Assembly (NCBI GenBank): GCA_902594595.1
Contig: CACJMP010000004.1
Coordinates: 2,130-66,129 of the forward strand
DNA length: 64,000 bases
Origin: an uncultured Pelagibacteraceae bacterium
GTDB taxonomy: Bacteria; Pseudomonadota; Alphaproteobacteria; Pelagibacterales; Pelagibacteraceae
Direction: 5' to 3'
The translations under genes and the position numbers were made by a program. Below, in pieces: positions 60,972 to 64,000 of the stretch. Each line of letters begins with the position of its first letter. The stretch's first letter is position 1. A model generated the notes under the pieces. That model was not told where the DNA came from, searched no databases, and saw only the letters and a program-made list of their open reading frames with translations.

Positions 60972-63813
60972 TTTGCCTTCTTTGTTTTAAGTCAATAATA
61001 AATTTATTTAAACCAGTGGAATTTGATCCTTTTACCATTAGATAATCACCGGTTTTAAAATCATCTTTAATTATTTTAAGCATATCAAATTTATTACTTA
61101 ATATTTTTGCTTTTTTGTTTGGATCTAAACCTTTATATGTCTCTTTAATATGTTTTCCAATTACATAAACCTTATTAATTTTCGTTTTATTAATTATTTT
61201 ACTTATTAATTTGTGTTGTTTAATTGAGTGTTTACCTAGCTCTAGCATATCTCCTAGAAACATATATTTTTTCGATTTTTTTAAAACTATTTTTTCAAAA
61301 TTTTCAATTGAACTTTTAAGTGAAAGTGGATTTGAATTATAAGATTCGTCTACAAAATAAATTTTTTTATTTTTAAAATTAACATCGAATATATCACCTC
61401 TGCCTTTTGGTATATTGATATCTAAAAAGACACCTTTTTTTAACTTTTTGATATTAATAAAAGAATCTATGGAAGCTATAGCAGCCAATATATTATACAA
61501 ATTGTTTTTATTATTGTTTTTAGTGTAAAAAGAAAATTTATTATTATTTATATTTAAAAATAATTCATACTTATTTTTTGTTTTTTTTATATTTAACAAT
61601 TTAATTTCTGAAGACTTATTTTTGATTGCAAAAGATATAACTTTTAATTTTTTCTTAAGAGCTAAATCTTTTAGATAATGAAAAAAATGATCGTCGCCAT
61701 TTAAGACAATTATCCCATCTTTCTTAATATTGTTCATTATCTCAGCTTTGGCATCCGCAATCTGTTTAATATTTTTAAAATTCTTTGAATGTGCATAACT
61801 TATATTGGTAATAAGTCCTAAATCAGGCTTAATAATTTTCGATAAATTATCAATTTCACCTTTTTTATCCATTCCGATCTCAAAGACACCAAAATCATCA
61901 CTTTGTTTCATGTTAAACAAACTTAATGGCACACCATACTTATTGTTAAAAGACTTTGGTGAAAATGATGTTCTTGAAACTTTTTTTAAAATTAAACCAA
62001 TCATTTCTTTTAAAGTCGTTTTTCCACAGCTTCCAGTAATTGAAATGAATTTTGCATTAATGTTTTCTCTTAAAATTGATGAACATGTAGTCAAAAATCT
62101 TAGAGTGTTTTTGACTTTAATTTGTTTGAAAAGTGGATGATTTTTATTAAATCGATTTACAACAACAAAACTTGATTTTTTTTTAAAAGCTTCCGATATG
62201 TAGTTGTTGCCATCCAAATTTTTACCTTTTATGGCAAAAAAGATATCATTTTTTTTAATTAATTTAGAGTTAATGGAAGCAGCTTTAATTAATATTTTAT
62301 TTGATAAATTTACTTGTGATTGTTCCTGGATTATATTGAGTTTTATGTTTTTAGATAAAGATTTGTTTTTTGTTCTTATTGAATCAAGAATTACCTTTTG
62401 ATCAGAAAAAAAAATTCTCTTTTTTCCATAATCTTGTGTCTTTTCGTGTCCTTTACCTGCTACCAACAAAATATCTCCAGTTTTAAGATTCTTCACAGCT
62501 TCTTGAATTGCTTTTTTTCTATCGGGTATTTCACGAATTTTTTTATTCTTAATCCCTTTTTTTATCTGATTTCTTATTTCAAAAGGTTTTTCGTTCCTTG
62601 GATTATCATCTGTTAAGTAAATTTCGTTGGAATATTCTTCTGCAATTTTTCCCATCAAAGATCTTTTCTTAAAATCTCTATCGCCTCCACATCCAAATAT
62701 CAGATTGATTTTACTAAAGGGAAATTGTTCTTTAAGATTTGATAAAGCTGATTCAAGTGCTGCCGGTGTGTGAGCATAATCCAAAATTACTTTACTGTTA
62801 TTATGTATTTTTCCAATTTTTTCTAATCTTCCTTCTACAGATTTAATTCTTGGAAGTATCTTTAAAATTTTTTTAAATTCAATACCGCTATTATTAGCAG
62901 CTATAATCGCCATAAGTACATTCTTTACCTGTATTTTTCCTATTAAGTTAAGGTAAATTTTATACTTGTCTTTTTTAAATTTGATTTCTAAGATTTGTTT
63001 TTCATTTTCAAATCTATGTGAAATCAATTTTATCCCGTTAGATTCATTATGAATAAGACTTAAATTAATATTTTTTTTAATCGATATTTTTTTAATTTTT
63101 TGTACTTCTGGACTATTTTCATCAGCTATTATATGACCTTTCCTTTTGATCAAATTCTTAAATAAATATAATTTTGAATTTAGGTAACTTCTCATATTAT
63201 TGTGATAATCTAAATGATCATGAGATAGATTTGTAAATATACCTATATCAAACTTTAATCCATCTAATCTATTTTGATCTAAACCATGGCTAGATGCCTC
63301 CATAATTGCAAATTTAATTTTTTTTTTTCTCAAATTTTTAAGCATTGAACCAATTTGAATAGGATCTGATGTAGTATTTTTAAGATTTTTTATTTTAGAT
63401 TTGTATTTAAGTCCAAGTGTTCCTATTGATGCAACCTTTTTTGAATTTAATTCTAAAATTTGAAAGTAAAAATCAGCTACTGATGATTTTCCATTAGTTC
63501 CAGTCACAGCAACTAATTTTTCGACTTTTTTATCGTAAATTTTATAAGATACTTCTGCTAATAACTTTCTTGGGTTTGAAGAATACAAAAAAATTACATC
63601 AGTATTTTTTTTTTGATTTTTTTTTTGAGATATAATTATTTTTGCCCCTTTTTTTATGGCTTGTGATATAAAATTATTCCCGTCAAATTTTTTTCCTTTA
63701 ATTGCGAAAAAAATATCATTTTTTTTTACCTTTAGACTGTCAAAAGCGATACCTGAAAAATTTATTTGGTAAAATCGTTTAGGGATGTTTGGAATATAAT
63801 CTTTAAGAAGCAT
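60961..63813 (-). CDS. murE-murF: Bifunctional MurE-MurF fusion
   Basis: N-half: VTGTNGKSS, MEASSHGL, DYAHTP, FGCGGDRD, DDNPR, AGKGHE (MurE). C-half: ITGSCGKTT, NNKYGVP, EIGM, DESYNSNP, GDMLELG, VKGS (MurF). One continuous 950-aa ORF. Confidence 0.95.
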   Translation of the reverse strand: MLLKDYIPNIPKRFYQINFSGIAFDSLKVKKNDIFFAIKGKKFDGNNFISQAIKKGAKIIISQKKNQKKNTDVIFLYSSNPRKLLAEVSYKIYDKKVEKLVAVTGTNGKSSVADFYFQILELNSKKVASIGTLGLKYKSKIKNLKNTTSDPIQIGSMLKNLRKKKIKFAIMEASSHGLDQNRLDGLKFDIGIFTNLSHDHLDYHNNMRSYLNSKLYLFKNLIKRKGHIIADENSPEVQKIKKISIKKNINLSLIHNESNGIKLISHRFENEKQILEIKFKKDKYKIYLNLIGKIQVKNVLMAIIAANNSGIEFKKILKILPRIKSVEGRLEKIGKIHNNSKVILDYAHTPAALESALSNLKEQFPFSKINLIFGCGGDRDFKKRSLMGKIAEEYSNEIYLTDDNPRNEKPFEIRNQIKKGIKNKKIREIPDRKKAIQEAVKNLKTGDILLVAGKGHEKTQDYGKKRIFFSDQKVILDSIRTKNKSLSKNIKLNIIQEQSQVNLSNKILIKAASINSKLIKKNDIFFAIKGKNLDGNNYISEAFKKKSSFVVVNRFNKNHPLFKQIKVKNTLRFLTTCSSILRENINAKFISITGSCGKTTLKEMIGLILKKVSRTSFSPKSFNNKYGVPLSLFNMKQSDDFGVFEIGMDKKGEIDNLSKIIKPDLGLITNISYAHSKNFKNIKQIADAKAEIMNNIKKDGIIVLNGDDHFFHYLKDLALKKKLKVISFAIKNKSSEIKLLNIKKTKNKYELFLNINNNKFSFYTKNNNKNNLYNILAAIASIDSFINIKKLKKGVFLDINIPKGRGDIFDVNFKNKKIYFVDESYNSNPLSLKSSIENFEKIVLKKSKKYMFLGDMLELGKHSIKQHKLISKIINKTKINKVYVIGKHIKETYKGLDPNKKAKILSNKFDMLKIIKDDFKTGDYLMVKGSNSTGLNKFIIDLKQRRQNVI

Positions 63814-63816
63814 AAA

Positions 63817-63999
63817 TTATTTTTCACTATATTTTGTGGCTAAAATAGGCCCAATTTTTTCAATGATTTGTCCTGTAACCTCTACAGTAGTCCATCCTGA
63901 AGTATTATACGGAGTGCCCTTATATTTAATGTTTGATCCATCTCTATAATGATAAACATAATTTTCATTTAATTTTGGCTCATCTAACATTACCGCTAA
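63817..63999 (-). CDS. ftsI: Penicillin-binding protein FtsI/PBP3 (3' end only)
   Basis: Manual translation LAVMLDEP...TSGWTTVEVTGQIIEKIGPIL*, matching the class B PBP C-terminus; immediately upstream of murE. Confidence 0.8.
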   Translation of the reverse strand, partial: LAVMLDEPKLNENYVYHYRDGSNIKYKGTPYNTSGWTTVEVTGQIIEKIGPILATKYSEK

Positions 64000-64000
64000 A

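Noticed and set aside
1977-62616. About 30 short ORFs of 60-115 aa in the ORF track lying antisense or out of frame within long genes (e.g. 2767-3021, 21974-22318, 42399-42701, 48751-49035, 61805-62140)
   Set aside because: They are fully nested in well-supported conserved genes, have no motifs, and are typical shadow ORFs
1-64000. tRNA, rRNA, CRISPR arrays, IS elements
   Set aside because: All intergenic gaps are about 220 bp or shorter and none shows a cloverleaf, a repeat-spacer pattern, terminal inverted repeats or a transposase

Overview
Very AT-rich, gene-dense alphaproteobacterial chromosome segment with minimal intergenic DNA and many overlapping start/stop codons. Proteorhodopsin next to fdx/FNR/GST, a glycine riboswitch on gcvT, a murE-murF fusion and extreme streamlining together point to Candidatus Pelagibacter (SAR11). 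Content in order: gcvT with a tandem glycine riboswitch; a 5-oxoprolinase (pxpABC) and TRAP transporter locus; panB-guaA-guaB; psd/pssA; icd; alaS; recA; umuDC with alpha-type LexA boxes; ppc; dksA; blue-type proteorhodopsin; prpE; a small surface-glycan islet; pyrC; fumC; uvrD; ligA; and the dcw cluster. I saw no rRNA, tRNA, CRISPR or mobile element. The most notable unannotated signals are: (1) two translationally coupled 40-aa and 32-aa hydrophobic ORFs directly behind dksA; (2) a fully paired three-way-junction RNA candidate in the proteorhodopsin leader; (3) a shortened FtsA-like protein without a recognisable ATPase motif, with ftsZ and recN absent from their usual positions; (4) a LexA, DnaA-box and GANTC cluster upstream of umuDC; (5) a symmetric divergent promoter with a 29-codon uORF in the glycan islet. 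All calls come from reading the sequence and ORF track by eye; no searches were run.
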